64,000 bases of DNA from contig JBHIAE010000013.1 of the NCBI GenBank assembly GCA_046758445.1, forward strand, positions 5,252 through 69,251, read 5' to 3'. The notes beneath the pieces were generated by a model. That model was not told the DNA's origin, did no database searches, and worked only from the letters and a program-made list of their open reading frames with translations. Position numbers and translations under genes: made by a program. Source of the DNA: Candidatus Thorarchaeota archaeon. Its GTDB lineage: Archaea > Asgardarchaeota > Thorarchaeia > Thorarchaeales > Thorarchaeaceae. The stretch's first letter is position 1. Each line of letters starts with the position of its first letter. This document shows, in pieces, positions 54,714-64,000 of this stretch.

Positions 54714-56303
54714 TCATGAAGTCATCTCTGTGTATGTACCACTCTCAATGACATCATCGGGTAGACTCGGTGAGAATAGTTGAAGGCTACTGATGAGCCG
54801 ATCTCTTTCAGATGGCATCACAACTAGAAATGATATCGTGCTATTGTATGCCACGACGTTGTTCCTGATGGTCCAATGGCCCACTGGTTCCCATTCTTCC
54901 GGTATGAATCCGTCCAAGTAGATTGCTGCTATCTTGACACCATGTTCCGATGCAATGCTTCTCAACGTGTCTGCACTCATTGAACCATTAAGAAGAGACT
55001 CTCCTATGTCCAGCGTAGCGAGGCCCCACTTGTCAACACATACTATGTCAGTGAGGTAATTGGCGTAGCCGATATCATTAAGCATGACGGCCTCACCATA
55101 GTAGAACTCATCCAGAAAGCGGGCCATCTCATAATGCTGATCGTGGATGTTTGTAGATGCGATTGGAGTCCAATACATCCACAGAGCGCCCCGCGCTGCC
55201 AGTGGTGTCACGAACAGAACAATCAGAGCGAGTCCGTACAATCGGTTCTTGTTCCCGCCAAGGTCTATTTGAGGTGCTCTTAGTGAATCGAGGGTCAGCT
55301 TGGAAAAGAACCTGTGACCTTGGATTGACAGTGTGAGTATGCCAAGCGCGACCAGGTACGCCTCATACCTGAAGAACCATCCAATCTTGCCCAGTTGTAG
55401 GTGCAATATACATGCCGAGATGAACACCCACTTCATCACAGTACCAGTCGTCCAAGGTTCTTGAGCTTGCTCAGCAGTTAGCTTGATTGATGCCATGAGA
55501 AGCACAAGCAGATGTGGTGAGACTATCAAAGAGCCTATGCCTCGAACAAGAAACCAGACCAGACCTTGGGCAATGGCGTCAGCCCCCTTCACTACCAAAG
55601 AATTGGGAAGAGGCAGCCAGCCGTTCAACATCGAAACAATGCCGTATACAGCCCAGGGCAAAGCTGCCATGCCGAGAACAGCAATTGCGAAGCCCCATCT
55701 CCTCTTCACTAGGAATAGGATTGCTACTGGGATGACTAGGAACATGGACTCAATGCGTGCAGCGGAAACGAAGAAGGTGACGACCATAAAGAGAGTTAAC
55801 TGCTGGACGTTGCTCTCTTGCTCAGTGATGATCCTTGTTGAGAGCACTATGAAGACAAGCGAGAAGACAGTGTGAAGAATGTGCTCCATTCCTGTGAAGA
55901 CAAGGCCAGGAAGCGAGGTGAAGAAGACAAACGACACCAATACCGCCGTGATGTATCTTTCACTCATATCCAAGTTCCTGAGAATTGCATACATCGTCAC
56001 AACAGCGGCCGTTGACAGCAGGACATTGAGAGCCAAAGGGACCATATCGTTCACGCCAACTAGAGCAAATCCTGCACAGATTATCAGATTCCAAAGAGGA
56101 GAGGACGAACTTGAGCTAAACTCATGCCGGGTCACTCCGAACACAGAGAACTCATTCAGGTTCCGGGAGATGGCCATGTGAATGTAGATATCGTCAATAG
56201 TGTAGACCATCTGACCAGAATTCATGGTCAAGATTGCGACAAGTAGCACAATGAGGGAAAGCCACAAGCATGAAAGCGCAATCAGTAATGATTGATGTTT
56301 CAC
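54714..56303 (-). CDS. Large polytopic membrane protein, possibly GT-C-fold glycosyltransferase
   Basis: ~12 TM helices N-terminal and ~150-aa C-terminal soluble domain (ArnT/PMT-like topology); no catalytic motif confirmed. Confidence 0.35.
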   Translation of the reverse strand: MKHQSLLIALSCLWLSLIVLLVAILTMNSGQMVYTIDDIYIHMAISRNLNEFSVFGVTRHEFSSSSSSPLWNLIICAGFALVGVNDMVPLALNVLLSTAAVVTMYAILRNLDMSERYITAVLVSFVFFTSLPGLVFTGMEHILHTVFSLVFIVLSTRIITEQESNVQQLTLFMVVTFFVSAARIESMFLVIPVAILFLVKRRWGFAIAVLGMAALPWAVYGIVSMLNGWLPLPNSLVVKGADAIAQGLVWFLVRGIGSLIVSPHLLVLLMASIKLTAEQAQEPWTTGTVMKWVFISACILHLQLGKIGWFFRYEAYLVALGILTLSIQGHRFFSKLTLDSLRAPQIDLGGNKNRLYGLALIVLFVTPLAARGALWMYWTPIASTNIHDQHYEMARFLDEFYYGEAVMLNDIGYANYLTDIVCVDKWGLATLDIGESLLNGSMSADTLRSIASEHGVKIAAIYLDGFIPEEWEPVGHWTIRNNVVAYNSTISFLVVMPSERDRLISSLQLFSPSLPDDVIESGTYTEMTS

Positions 56304-56463
56304 CCCCGTTTCACTCTCCTCGTGTTGTTCTCTCCGGGTGTCCAGCCGTTCAGGATAGGCTGTTTCGCGAATGCCTAGAATACTATGAACAAGCCGCTTT
56401 ATTATTTTGACTCAAGCAGGCTGAATCCACATGGTGGTTCTCAGAGGTTACGGGTTCTAACCA

Positions 56464-56919
56464 CTAGAATTCCAGCCGATTGCGTTCAAGACCGGTCGGT
56501 GAGATCTTGGTCAGAGTGCCCTCTTTGGGACTAAAGACCATGATGACCCGGGTGTCTTTGGATAACACTTCCAGGTATGGAAATCTTTCCTCTAGTCTAT
56601 TCCAATAATCATTGAACTCAGGAGACTCGCTGGTGTATACCACTCCCGAGGCCAGGATTTGCAGGACCCTGAAAGTATCCGCTTTCTTGGGGGCCAATAC
56701 ATCATGAATCTCATAATGCACCCACGGATTCTCTCTGAGATTCTGCACTGCAACGTGATCTTGTGAAATCTCAACGAAGACTAGCCAGTCTTCTGACGCA
56801 TATTCATGGGGCGTAGCGTTGGGAATGCCATCCTTCGACGCAGTGGCCATAGTCAAGGTCACATGGCTTCTTAGGAAAGCTAGCGCATCAGTCATGACTC
56901 GAGAGATGTCTTCAGTCAT
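56464..56919 (-). CDS. Pyridoxamine-5'-phosphate-oxidase-like FMN-binding split-barrel protein
   Basis: LAFLRSHVTLTMATASKDGIPNATP typical PNPOx-like N-term; start trimmed to internal Met (longest ORF to 57129 would overlap next gene by 158 nt). Confidence 0.5.
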   Translation of the reverse strand: MTEDISRVMTDALAFLRSHVTLTMATASKDGIPNATPHEYASEDWLVFVEISQDHVAVQNLRENPWVHYEIHDVLAPKKADTFRVLQILASGVVYTSESPEFNDYWNRLEERFPYLEVLSKDTRVIMVFSPKEGTLTKISPTGLERNRLEF

Positions 56920-56971
56920 AACTGCTGATTCGAGAATTCCGATTGAAAAAGCGTATGGTCGAAGTATTTGG

Positions 56972-57532
56972 TCACAAGACAGCTCCACAGTTCCTGCATC
57001 TCGGGCTGATGGCTGTGTTGTCGAACTCACAGTATGGACATTCAAGTACGTCCCCAATCTTCTCGAATGCTCTTGCTGAAGAGCCATCCAGACCTTTGAG
57101 TTCAAAGACTTCATCAGATGTCGGATCATAGATGCGTATCATGTAGACTGGCCGATTATTGCTTCTGTGTGAAACAGTTGCTTCGAGAAACTGCCCTATC
57201 GGTTTCCCGGCGAAGTGTTCCAGCGGAATCTCCTTGTTGATTCGACCACCCCTAACCTCAAGGATCCTCTCTGATGTCAGATAGTATCTGGTTCTTCTGG
57301 TGCGAACAAAAGACCCGAGAATGATAGATGCTCCAATCAAAGTGAGAAAGAGAAGCGGTGTAGCCACTGCCATTCCGAATTCGTCAAGCGCGACTAGTGA
57401 GAGTGCTGGCCCTCCCGCGAGGACTATGAAACCAACGAAGATGATCCAGAAGCCAGTCCCTGCCCTCCGGGTCCACACAATGTTCTCTCCTGGCCAGAGG
57501 CCCTCTTTAGGGGGGTCAAAACGATTTGTCAC
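56972..57532 (-). CDS. Membrane bacterial-PH-like (DUF304/YdbS-like) protein with C-terminal zinc ribbon
   Basis: Two TM then PH-like domain; C-term CPYCEFDNTAISPRCRNCG. Confidence 0.45.
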   Translation of the reverse strand: MTNRFDPPKEGLWPGENIVWTRRAGTGFWIIFVGFIVLAGGPALSLVALDEFGMAVATPLLFLTLIGASIILGSFVRTRRTRYYLTSERILEVRGGRINKEIPLEHFAGKPIGQFLEATVSHRSNNRPVYMIRIYDPTSDEVFELKGLDGSSARAFEKIGDVLECPYCEFDNTAISPRCRNCGAVL

Positions 57533-57990
57533 TGATTTCGCTCCTGACTGGGTAATTCTTGCACCTTGTTAGAACAGTGCAGCACACTCAATTTGAGTAT
57601 TCTTCAGAGGAATAGAATGTTCTTCAGCAGGCTTTAATTGACCTTTGCAATGCATTGCGAGTTCCTTCTTAGTCAGCTGTGGTTAAGAGAAGGATCGGAG
57701 ATGAGGAAGAATGACGGACTATCGTCAACTCATTCTTAGAATCGGGATATTGCTGATAGCAGTTGCTGGAGTGTTCTGGGTTCTCCTATCATTCCGTATC
57801 ATTCCTTTACCGTTCTCTGAAGAGGGTTTTCTAATCAACTCTTCACCTTTCTAATTCCAGGTATTGCAGGCTTTTGCTTACTCTTAATTGGTGCAGTGGT
57901 AAGGGAACGCAAAGAGGCTCAATGGTAGTCAACGAAATCTAGACGCCCCAAACGACACGTTCAATAGGTATCCGATTCGCTGCATCTATC

Positions 57991-58677
57991 ATGAAGGTCT
58001 TAGCCATCAATGGGAGTCCACGAGCTGAGAGGGCAGCAACCTTAGGTGTTCTGGCCCCGTTCATGGAGGGGATGAAGGGTGCGGGCGCTGAAGTCGAGCT
58101 TATTCATGTCCAGAAGCTGAATCTCAGACCATGTCGAGGTTGCTTCAACTGTTGGTGGGAAACACCTGGAACGTGTGTGCAAAACGACAAGATGAAAGAC
58201 GTTCTGCCGAAACTAGCGGACGCTGACGTATGGGTCTTCGCGACGCCAGTCTACGTGGATGGAATGACTGGCACAATGAAGACCTTCATGGACAGAATGA
58301 TTCCTCTTCTCGAAGGCCGCTGGGAGATAAGAGATGACCATTGTCGTCATCCCCTGAGGGAAGGAACGAAGCCGGGCAAGATAGTTCTTCTCTCTGTAAG
58401 CGGATTCACAGAGCTGGACAACTTCGACCCGCTTGTGGATCATATGAACGCAGCATCCAAGAACATGGGCAGGGAATTTGTTGGAGCTGTCCTTCGACCT
58501 TGTGCATGGGTCATCCCTCATCTGATGAAGAGGGGAATGTCTGTAGACGATGTGGTTTCTGCTCTGAGAGATGCAGGCCAGCAGCTAGTCACGAGTGGGG
58601 AAATGTCAAACGAAACCCTAGACATCATCTCTAGAGAACTGGTTCCTCGTGAGCAGATTTTCGAGATGTACAGTTGA
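57991..58677 (+). CDS. Iron-sulfur flavoprotein (Isf; NADPH-dependent FMN reductase fold)
   Basis: MKVLAINGSPR...; compact Cys motif RPCRGCFNCWWETPGTC (CX2CX2CX7C) diagnostic of Isf. Confidence 0.7.
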   Translation: MKVLAINGSPRAERAATLGVLAPFMEGMKGAGAEVELIHVQKLNLRPCRGCFNCWWETPGTCVQNDKMKDVLPKLADADVWVFATPVYVDGMTGTMKTFMDRMIPLLEGRWEIRDDHCRHPLREGTKPGKIVLLSVSGFTELDNFDPLVDHMNAASKNMGREFVGAVLRPCAWVIPHLMKRGMSVDDVVSALRDAGQQLVTSGEMSNETLDIISRELVPREQIFEMYS

Positions 58678-58845
58678 GGCCCGAGCGGGATCCGTAACAG
58701 GTTACATGGCTTTTCACCCTTCAATTCGCTTTTCGACTCAGTCCGGTTCTCCAAGACCAGCGGAGGTTGTACCTACCGTCATCCATCAGCGCTTGGAGGT
58801 TGCGCCAGTTGTCCGATAGAAACAAGAGTAGGAACACAGCCCTGG

Positions 58846-59568
58846 ATGTCGAAGGTGCAGCGTATGACTAAAGTTTTGGCCATAAATGGGAGTGGACGGA
58901 TGGAAAAGGGATACACAGCCAAGATTCTTGCCGCCTATCTTGAGGGCATGGAGGATGCCGGGGCATCTGTTGAAACAATCTATGCCAAGCGGCTCAAGAT
59001 CAGGCCCTGCAATGGTGATTTCCAATGCTGGTTCGAGAAAGTGGGTGAGTGTATGCACTCTGACGACATGCTGAGAATGCTCCCCAAACTGCGAGAGGCC
59101 AACATCCTCGTTCTTGCGATGCCGGCATACCTTCCACTTCCGGGTGAGATGCAGAATCTGTTGAACAGGCTGATGCCAATCGTTGAGCCAATCCTCGAGT
59201 TCCGAGAAGGAAGAACCCGGGCCAAGTTTCACGACAACGTCAACATATCGAAGATTGCACTAGTTTCGACCGGGGGATGGTGGGAGAAGGACAATCTTCA
59301 CACTGTGGTCAGAGTCGCCAAAGAAGTTGCAGAGGACTGCAGCATTGAGTTTGCGGGAGCCGTTCTTCGACCTCATGCCTTTTGGATGGCCACAGAGGAA
59401 GAGAAGGCCAAGGAGGTCCTTGCAGCGACCAAGCAGGTTGGATATCAGCTAATCAATGATGGAAGAATGTCAGCTGAGTTGCTCGATACTATCAGTCAGC
59501 CCTTGGTTGCCGAAGAGGAACTACGGCAGTGGTACAACAACATGTATGAAAAGGCCAGACAGGGATAG
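58846..59568 (+). CDS. Iron-sulfur flavoprotein paralogue with Cys-to-Asp substitution in cluster motif
   Basis: MTKVLAINGSGR...; motif RPCNGDFQCWFEKVGEC (C-x2-D-x2-C-x7-C). Confidence 0.7.
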   Translation: MSKVQRMTKVLAINGSGRMEKGYTAKILAAYLEGMEDAGASVETIYAKRLKIRPCNGDFQCWFEKVGECMHSDDMLRMLPKLREANILVLAMPAYLPLPGEMQNLLNRLMPIVEPILEFREGRTRAKFHDNVNISKIALVSTGGWWEKDNLHTVVRVAKEVAEDCSIEFAGAVLRPHAFWMATEEEKAKEVLAATKQVGYQLINDGRMSAELLDTISQPLVAEEELRQWYNNMYEKARQG

Positions 59569-59593
59569 TGGCTGGAGTCAACTCCAACCTAAC

Positions 59594-61357
59594 CTACCCA
59601 GCCTTCCGCCTCCTGATGAGAAAGACCACCACAACTATGACCACAACACCTGAAGCTCCCACTACAAGCAACAGAAACAGAGGCCCCATGAACGGGATTG
59701 GCAATATAGTCACAATGACCTCGTCAGTAGCCACGTTGTTCCAGGGGTCAACCGCAACTATGGTGTAGTTGTAGACACCAGGGCCAAGCTCTTCAATGAC
59801 TATTGTAAATGATATGAACGGCCTGAACATGTCATCATAGGTGACCTGGGTTCCGTTTCTGAGAAGCCTGTAACTCACGCCGCTCAGATCTGACATGATC
59901 CATTGCAGCTGATGCTCAGTCTCTCCAAAGGTATAGACGATATCCTCTGGACTGGTCAGGAGCGGGGGAGTTGTATCTTCAATCGTAAGGGTGAGCGTAC
60001 CCTCAGTAACAGCCCCATAGATGTTGGTCGCTCCAATCTGGAGCGGATAAGTTCCAACAGGGAGAGCTGATGTGCTCATCAGAGTTTCAAAGTCAATTAC
60101 GAAGTTTGGAGTATCGCTGACCCACAGATCAAAAGGCGCAGTGATTGGGGTGGTCACAAACTCAAGTGCGTACATAAAGACAGTTCCAAACTCAATGACC
60201 TGGTCAGTAGGAGCGTGCTCCCATTCTGGTGAGAATGGACTGTACATCAATGGATTAGAGTCGGAGTTGACACTGAGTATGTATGCTGTATCGCCGATAC
60301 CGTCTTGGTCGGCGTCAGCCCCTGTGTAGTCAGACCAGTAGTTATAGTCGAAGGTATTGCCCGTCGCGGAATCAAAAGCGCTCGCCAGTGTGTTGTTTGC
60401 GAAGACATTCCAGACGACATCATTGTTGTCAGCACCTGTGTGGAGTGAGATGCCTTCTCTATTGGAATTGGAGGTGTTGTTTGCCACAATGTTGGAATCG
60501 GAACCATGGAGAACAAAACCTTGGGCGGTATTCTCGTTGGAAGTATTGTCGGTCACGTTGTTGGAACCCAATTGCTGGACATAGATGCCTTCCCTGTTGA
60601 AGTTGCAGGTATTGTCTTCTACGACGACAGAGGTGGATGAAAAGATGTACATGCCGGAGTTGGTGTTGTTATTGCAGGTGTTGTCAGTAACAGTGCTGAA
60701 ATTCGTATTGTAGAGGAAGATGCCATAGAGGTTGCCATTGCAAGTGTTGTTGGTCACAGTGCTAGAATTGGAGTCTCTGAGGTAGATGCCATAGTCAAAG
60801 TTGTTGTTGCTTAAGTTGTCAATCACAGTCACAGAACTGGAGTCAAAGATCCTGATGCCAAAGAGGTTGTTGCTACAATTGTTGCCGGACACAAAAATGT
60901 TCATGCTCTTGCCCAGGATTCGAATCGCGTCTTCGTATGCGGCAATGTCGTTGTTGACTATCTGGCCATTTGTGACATTCTCAAGGAAGATTCCGTAAGA
61001 AAGCGTAGCAGATGGGCCTACCAGATTGCATCCTCGAATAACGAAGTGTGAGCGAGTATGACTAATGTTAATTGACGACATAGGGGTGGGACCCAGAACA
61101 AAGTCGAGATTCTCAATGATGTATGGGGTCGATGAAGAACCGTCACCCGGCCAGCCCTCGGCCCGAGCTGTATCAGAGAAATTGGCATCTCCGTTGATGA
61201 CTATGGGGTCATGCTGAACATTGGCAATTTGCGTCCCCAGTCCTTCTGAATCTGGCGTGATGGCTGGCGTAACGCCCGTCGCGACATTCAATAGTAACAC
61301 TGCAATGGTCAACGACACGGCAACCCAACATAGACGGTGCTTCCTTGGCATCTGCAA
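59594..61357 (-). CDS. Secreted right-handed parallel beta-helix (PbH1/NosD-like) repeat surface protein with C-terminal TM anchor
   Basis: Signal peptide MQMPRKHRLCWVAVSLTIAVLLLNVATG; >10 PbH1-like repeats (SNNxFGIxL..., TVTDNTCNNN...); C-term LFLLLVVGASGVVVIVVVVFLIRRRKAG. Confidence 0.65.
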   Translation of the reverse strand: MQMPRKHRLCWVAVSLTIAVLLLNVATGVTPAITPDSEGLGTQIANVQHDPIVINGDANFSDTARAEGWPGDGSSSTPYIIENLDFVLGPTPMSSINISHTRSHFVIRGCNLVGPSATLSYGIFLENVTNGQIVNNDIAAYEDAIRILGKSMNIFVSGNNCSNNLFGIRIFDSSSVTVIDNLSNNNFDYGIYLRDSNSSTVTNNTCNGNLYGIFLYNTNFSTVTDNTCNNNTNSGMYIFSSTSVVVEDNTCNFNREGIYVQQLGSNNVTDNTSNENTAQGFVLHGSDSNIVANNTSNSNREGISLHTGADNNDVVWNVFANNTLASAFDSATGNTFDYNYWSDYTGADADQDGIGDTAYILSVNSDSNPLMYSPFSPEWEHAPTDQVIEFGTVFMYALEFVTTPITAPFDLWVSDTPNFVIDFETLMSTSALPVGTYPLQIGATNIYGAVTEGTLTLTIEDTTPPLLTSPEDIVYTFGETEHQLQWIMSDLSGVSYRLLRNGTQVTYDDMFRPFISFTIVIEELGPGVYNYTIVAVDPWNNVATDEVIVTILPIPFMGPLFLLLVVGASGVVVIVVVVFLIRRRKAG

Positions 61358-61584
61358 TCTCTCCTCATTTGCGATGGACGCTGTACAGGCTTGCTTGAGT
61401 ACACCCAGATGTTGTCAGTCAATGCCGTGCTGTTGCTTTCAATCTCCCTCGCAACGCTACTGATGGTAGTGCGGCCAACGCATATTAATGTCGGCACAGG
61501 TTCTTCGGCAACAAGATTGAAAGGCGGAGTTTCATCTCCGAGGCCATCCTCCGGGATGGAGCCAATCTAGCCTTTTCTCTGGGT

Positions 61585-61965
61585 CTAAGGTTTCGTCAGG
61601 TAGGCATAGAGGAACAGCACGACGAACAATCCGAATAGTCCCGTCATGAGCCATCCTGCGATTGGAATTGTTGGATATGCGAACATCATCCAGACAGAGC
61701 CTACGAGTAGGAGAACACTACCAATGACGTCTTGAATGACGATGATTTCCACCTGCTCCCACGATGCTGCCCTATATCCCAATGCCGATGCCATTGCCCA
61801 CGCAATCGTCATGGCACCGATTACTCGACCCGCATATGGGTCAAGCCACGGCCAAGCTGCAACGGTTTCCCAAGTCTCCACTGCAATGAAGAACCAGATG
61901 CCGAAGGCCATAGCTACTATGAAATGAAGGATGAAGATGTACTTCAGAATATTAGAAACTGTCAA
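61585..61965 (-). CDS. Small four-helix membrane protein
   Basis: 126 aa, four hydrophobic helices, W-rich. Confidence 0.4.
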   Translation of the reverse strand: MTVSNILKYIFILHFIVAMAFGIWFFIAVETWETVAAWPWLDPYAGRVIGAMTIAWAMASALGYRAASWEQVEIIVIQDVIGSVLLLVGSVWMMFAYPTIPIAGWLMTGLFGLFVVLFLYAYLTKP

Positions 61966-62149
61966 TCACGAACACCTCTCTCCCACGATTGATTATTCAA
62001 TCGAAGGCAGAATTAGATAGACACGAACTTTGCTAAATGTCTTTTCAAGCAATTCGATGCCGAATTCTAATCACAGGACCTGGATATGGCCACTATGGCG
62101 CAGGAAAAGTCGGAGAGAAGCACTAGGGATTCGATGAATCTCCGAAGAT

Positions 62150-63979
62150 CTACCTCGACCCCTTAGACGAAGCCAGCTTCAAGACATACTGCTTGAGCTC
62201 ACGCGACATGGCCACCGCGTATTGCTTGGAGAGGCGTTTCTTCTTGAATCTCTTAGTCTTGAATTTGAGGCCTCGATCACGAAGTGCTTCTTTGACTCTC
62301 TCGAATCTCTCAACAGTCGTCTTCTTCAGCGGCATCTTGAGGCCCTTTAGTACTTCAAAGCCATGTACCGTGAGCCATAATGGTTCGAGATGGACACTTC
62401 CCTTCTTCTCCGGGACTATCGTGTTCTCAAGCTCTTCTTTGCGCCTTCTCTGAATCTTCGGAATCAGGACTTCACCCTTCGTCTTCCTGAGCTTGTCAAC
62501 GTCAAGGAAGAATGAGGACCCACCCTCATCTAGCTGTTCTTGAAGAAGCCGAACCACTCCTTCATGGAGCTGGTTCTTTGCTCGTCTGAAGCTGACCTCA
62601 CTCTCAATTGATTCCATCAAAGGCGTGATGTCCTTGTCTACACCTGCCAGCTCAGCCACGCCCATGTCCTCAAGAAAGGCCCTCTTTGCTGCAAACCTCC
62701 TAGGCCCTTTGAGGCAGCGAAGATACTTCTTGACTCTACCGCTCACTCCTTCCCAACCACTTTCCTTGAATACGGCACGAATGGGTCGCCACTCAAAGCT
62801 CACTGCAGTGTTCTCGCCCCACTCCAATTTCGGCGCTGCTTGTCTGAGAACAGAGTCAGCCTCCACCCTCACATTGGGCTCCACCAGAATCTCGAGGCTT
62901 TCAGATGTGGTGCAGAGAAGGCCGGAGATATCGAGAGTTTCTGTATTGTTATTCCTGAGATCTAGCCTCTTTAGCTGTCTGCACCCAGTCAATGAATCAG
63001 AGTCCAGAGTAGTGAGCCTGTTCCTGTGAAGTAGAATCTCCTCCAGTTCGGAGACCTTCGACAAAGGAGTCAGGTCAATTGTCTTGAGTTGATTGTTTCC
63101 GAGGTTCAAGACAGTAAGGCTTCGAAATGCGCTGAGCGGGCTGAGGTCAATCTTCTTTATTCTGTTGTCCTCCATTCTCAGTGTCCGCAGGTTGGTATTC
63201 TTTGCCAAAGGCAAGAGGTCGATCCTTGAGAGAGCATTTCTCCCTATGTCCAAGAATCTTAAGTCTCTGCATTGCTCCAGTGGAGAGAGATCCAGTTCCT
63301 TGATCTCATTATACTCCAGACTGACTGAGGACAGCAATACACAGGAGTTAAGGGGAGAGAGATCTAGAGCTGCAAGATGGTTAGAATCCAGAGACAGATA
63401 CTTGATCTTCACGCATTCGCTAAGAGGCGAAAGATCCAGGCTCTTCAAGTCAGCAAATGATACATTCAGGCTCGTGAGATTGGTGCATGCCCGGAGGGGC
63501 GACAGGTCCAGTTCATACAGCCCACTGGCGATTATGTCTAGACTCCTAAGATTCTTACATGAAGAGAGAGGTGTCAGATCAATACGCTTTAGATCGCTGA
63601 GAGAAATGTAGAGGGTTTCTAGACCAGTGCATGTCTTCAGCGGGGATAGATCAAGAGCCGTCACAGAACCAAGAGAGAGCCAGAGCCGTTTCAATTCCTT
63701 ACAGGAATGGAGTGGAGAAAGGTCAACCTCAACGGCATCTTCGTCGGAGAGAGTAAGCTCGAGGCCTCCATAGTAGTGCTCCCTCACTTCCTGCATCCTG
63801 AAGATGTTCTGACTAGTAATGTATCTAACATGAGGTACTGCCCATTGAGCGAATTGCTTGGCAATGTCGTTGATCGATTCACAGAATGCTGGCGGAATGA
63901 GAAGGTCCTCCGAAACCATCCGAACGTACAGTGTGAGGATTTCATTCCAAGACCGCAGTCTGCAAGCTGGAACATCCAA
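62150..63979 (-). CDS. Leucine-rich repeat (LRR) protein; reading frame remains open to window end so true start may lie beyond 64000
   Basis: ~13 tandem 22-23-aa repeats of form LDLSPLxxCxxLxxLxLxxNxIxx; C-terminal ~200 aa basic helical tail. Confidence 0.7.
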   Translation of the reverse strand: MDVPACRLRSWNEILTLYVRMVSEDLLIPPAFCESINDIAKQFAQWAVPHVRYITSQNIFRMQEVREHYYGGLELTLSDEDAVEVDLSPLHSCKELKRLWLSLGSVTALDLSPLKTCTGLETLYISLSDLKRIDLTPLSSCKNLRSLDIIASGLYELDLSPLRACTNLTSLNVSFADLKSLDLSPLSECVKIKYLSLDSNHLAALDLSPLNSCVLLSSVSLEYNEIKELDLSPLEQCRDLRFLDIGRNALSRIDLLPLAKNTNLRTLRMEDNRIKKIDLSPLSAFRSLTVLNLGNNQLKTIDLTPLSKVSELEEILLHRNRLTTLDSDSLTGCRQLKRLDLRNNNTETLDISGLLCTTSESLEILVEPNVRVEADSVLRQAAPKLEWGENTAVSFEWRPIRAVFKESGWEGVSGRVKKYLRCLKGPRRFAAKRAFLEDMGVAELAGVDKDITPLMESIESEVSFRRAKNQLHEGVVRLLQEQLDEGGSSFFLDVDKLRKTKGEVLIPKIQRRRKEELENTIVPEKKGSVHLEPLWLTVHGFEVLKGLKMPLKKTTVERFERVKEALRDRGLKFKTKRFKKKRLSKQYAVAMSRELKQYVLKLASSKGSR

Positions 63980-64000
63980 AAGCGCCGCGTCGCTGTTCTT

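Noticed and set aside
56920-57129. N-terminal extension of the PNPOx-like ORF to the longest start
   Set aside because: It would overlap the co-oriented downstream membrane gene by 158 nt. The conserved PNPOx N-terminus begins at the internal Met.

Overview
This 64 kb window is a gene-dense archaeal chromosomal segment of roughly 50% GC. Most genes are 250-1300 codons, many overlap or abut, and I found no rRNA, tRNA or CRISPR array. The gene content suggests an Asgard-like (Thorarchaeota-type) or Bathyarchaeota-like genome. Supporting genes are proteasome alpha, archaeal DtdA, an MtrH/corrinoid module, and several eukaryote-like repeat or fold proteins (LRR, FG-GAP-like propeller, vWA, Roadblock-like, long coiled coils). 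This placement is inference only.

Supported content, in order:
- a partial class-I aminotransferase;
- small Fe-S-related proteins (DUF362, DUF59);
- a minus-strand cluster of long coiled-coil proteins, including a 1303-aa wHTH-plus-coiled-coil giant, with dtdA embedded;
- YjeF-N epimerase, a RimK-type ATP-grasp ligase, proteasome alpha, a radical-SAM enzyme and a multi-PAS histidine kinase;
- a corrinoid methyl-transfer module (MtrH-like methyltransferase, RamA-like reductive activator, B12-binding corrinoid protein) divergent from a reductive-dehalogenase-family Fe-S enzyme;
- three amino-DNA methyltransferases with no recognisable restriction endonuclease;
- an HDAC-family deacetylase;
- an FG-GAP-like propeller next to Cache/TPR/vWA sensors;
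- biosynthetic arginine decarboxylase;
- a TPR-nitrilase fusion;
- a TusA-DsrE-IscS sulfur-relay cluster with an IscU fusion;
- MetB/MetY-family PLP enzyme, AlkA glycosylase and a ClbS/DfsB-like protein;
- two tandem iron-sulfur flavoproteins, a parallel beta-helix surface protein and an LRR protein.

The most interesting candidate systems are the corrinoid module paired with the RdhA-like enzyme, the coiled-coil gene cluster, and the restriction-less methyltransferase pair.
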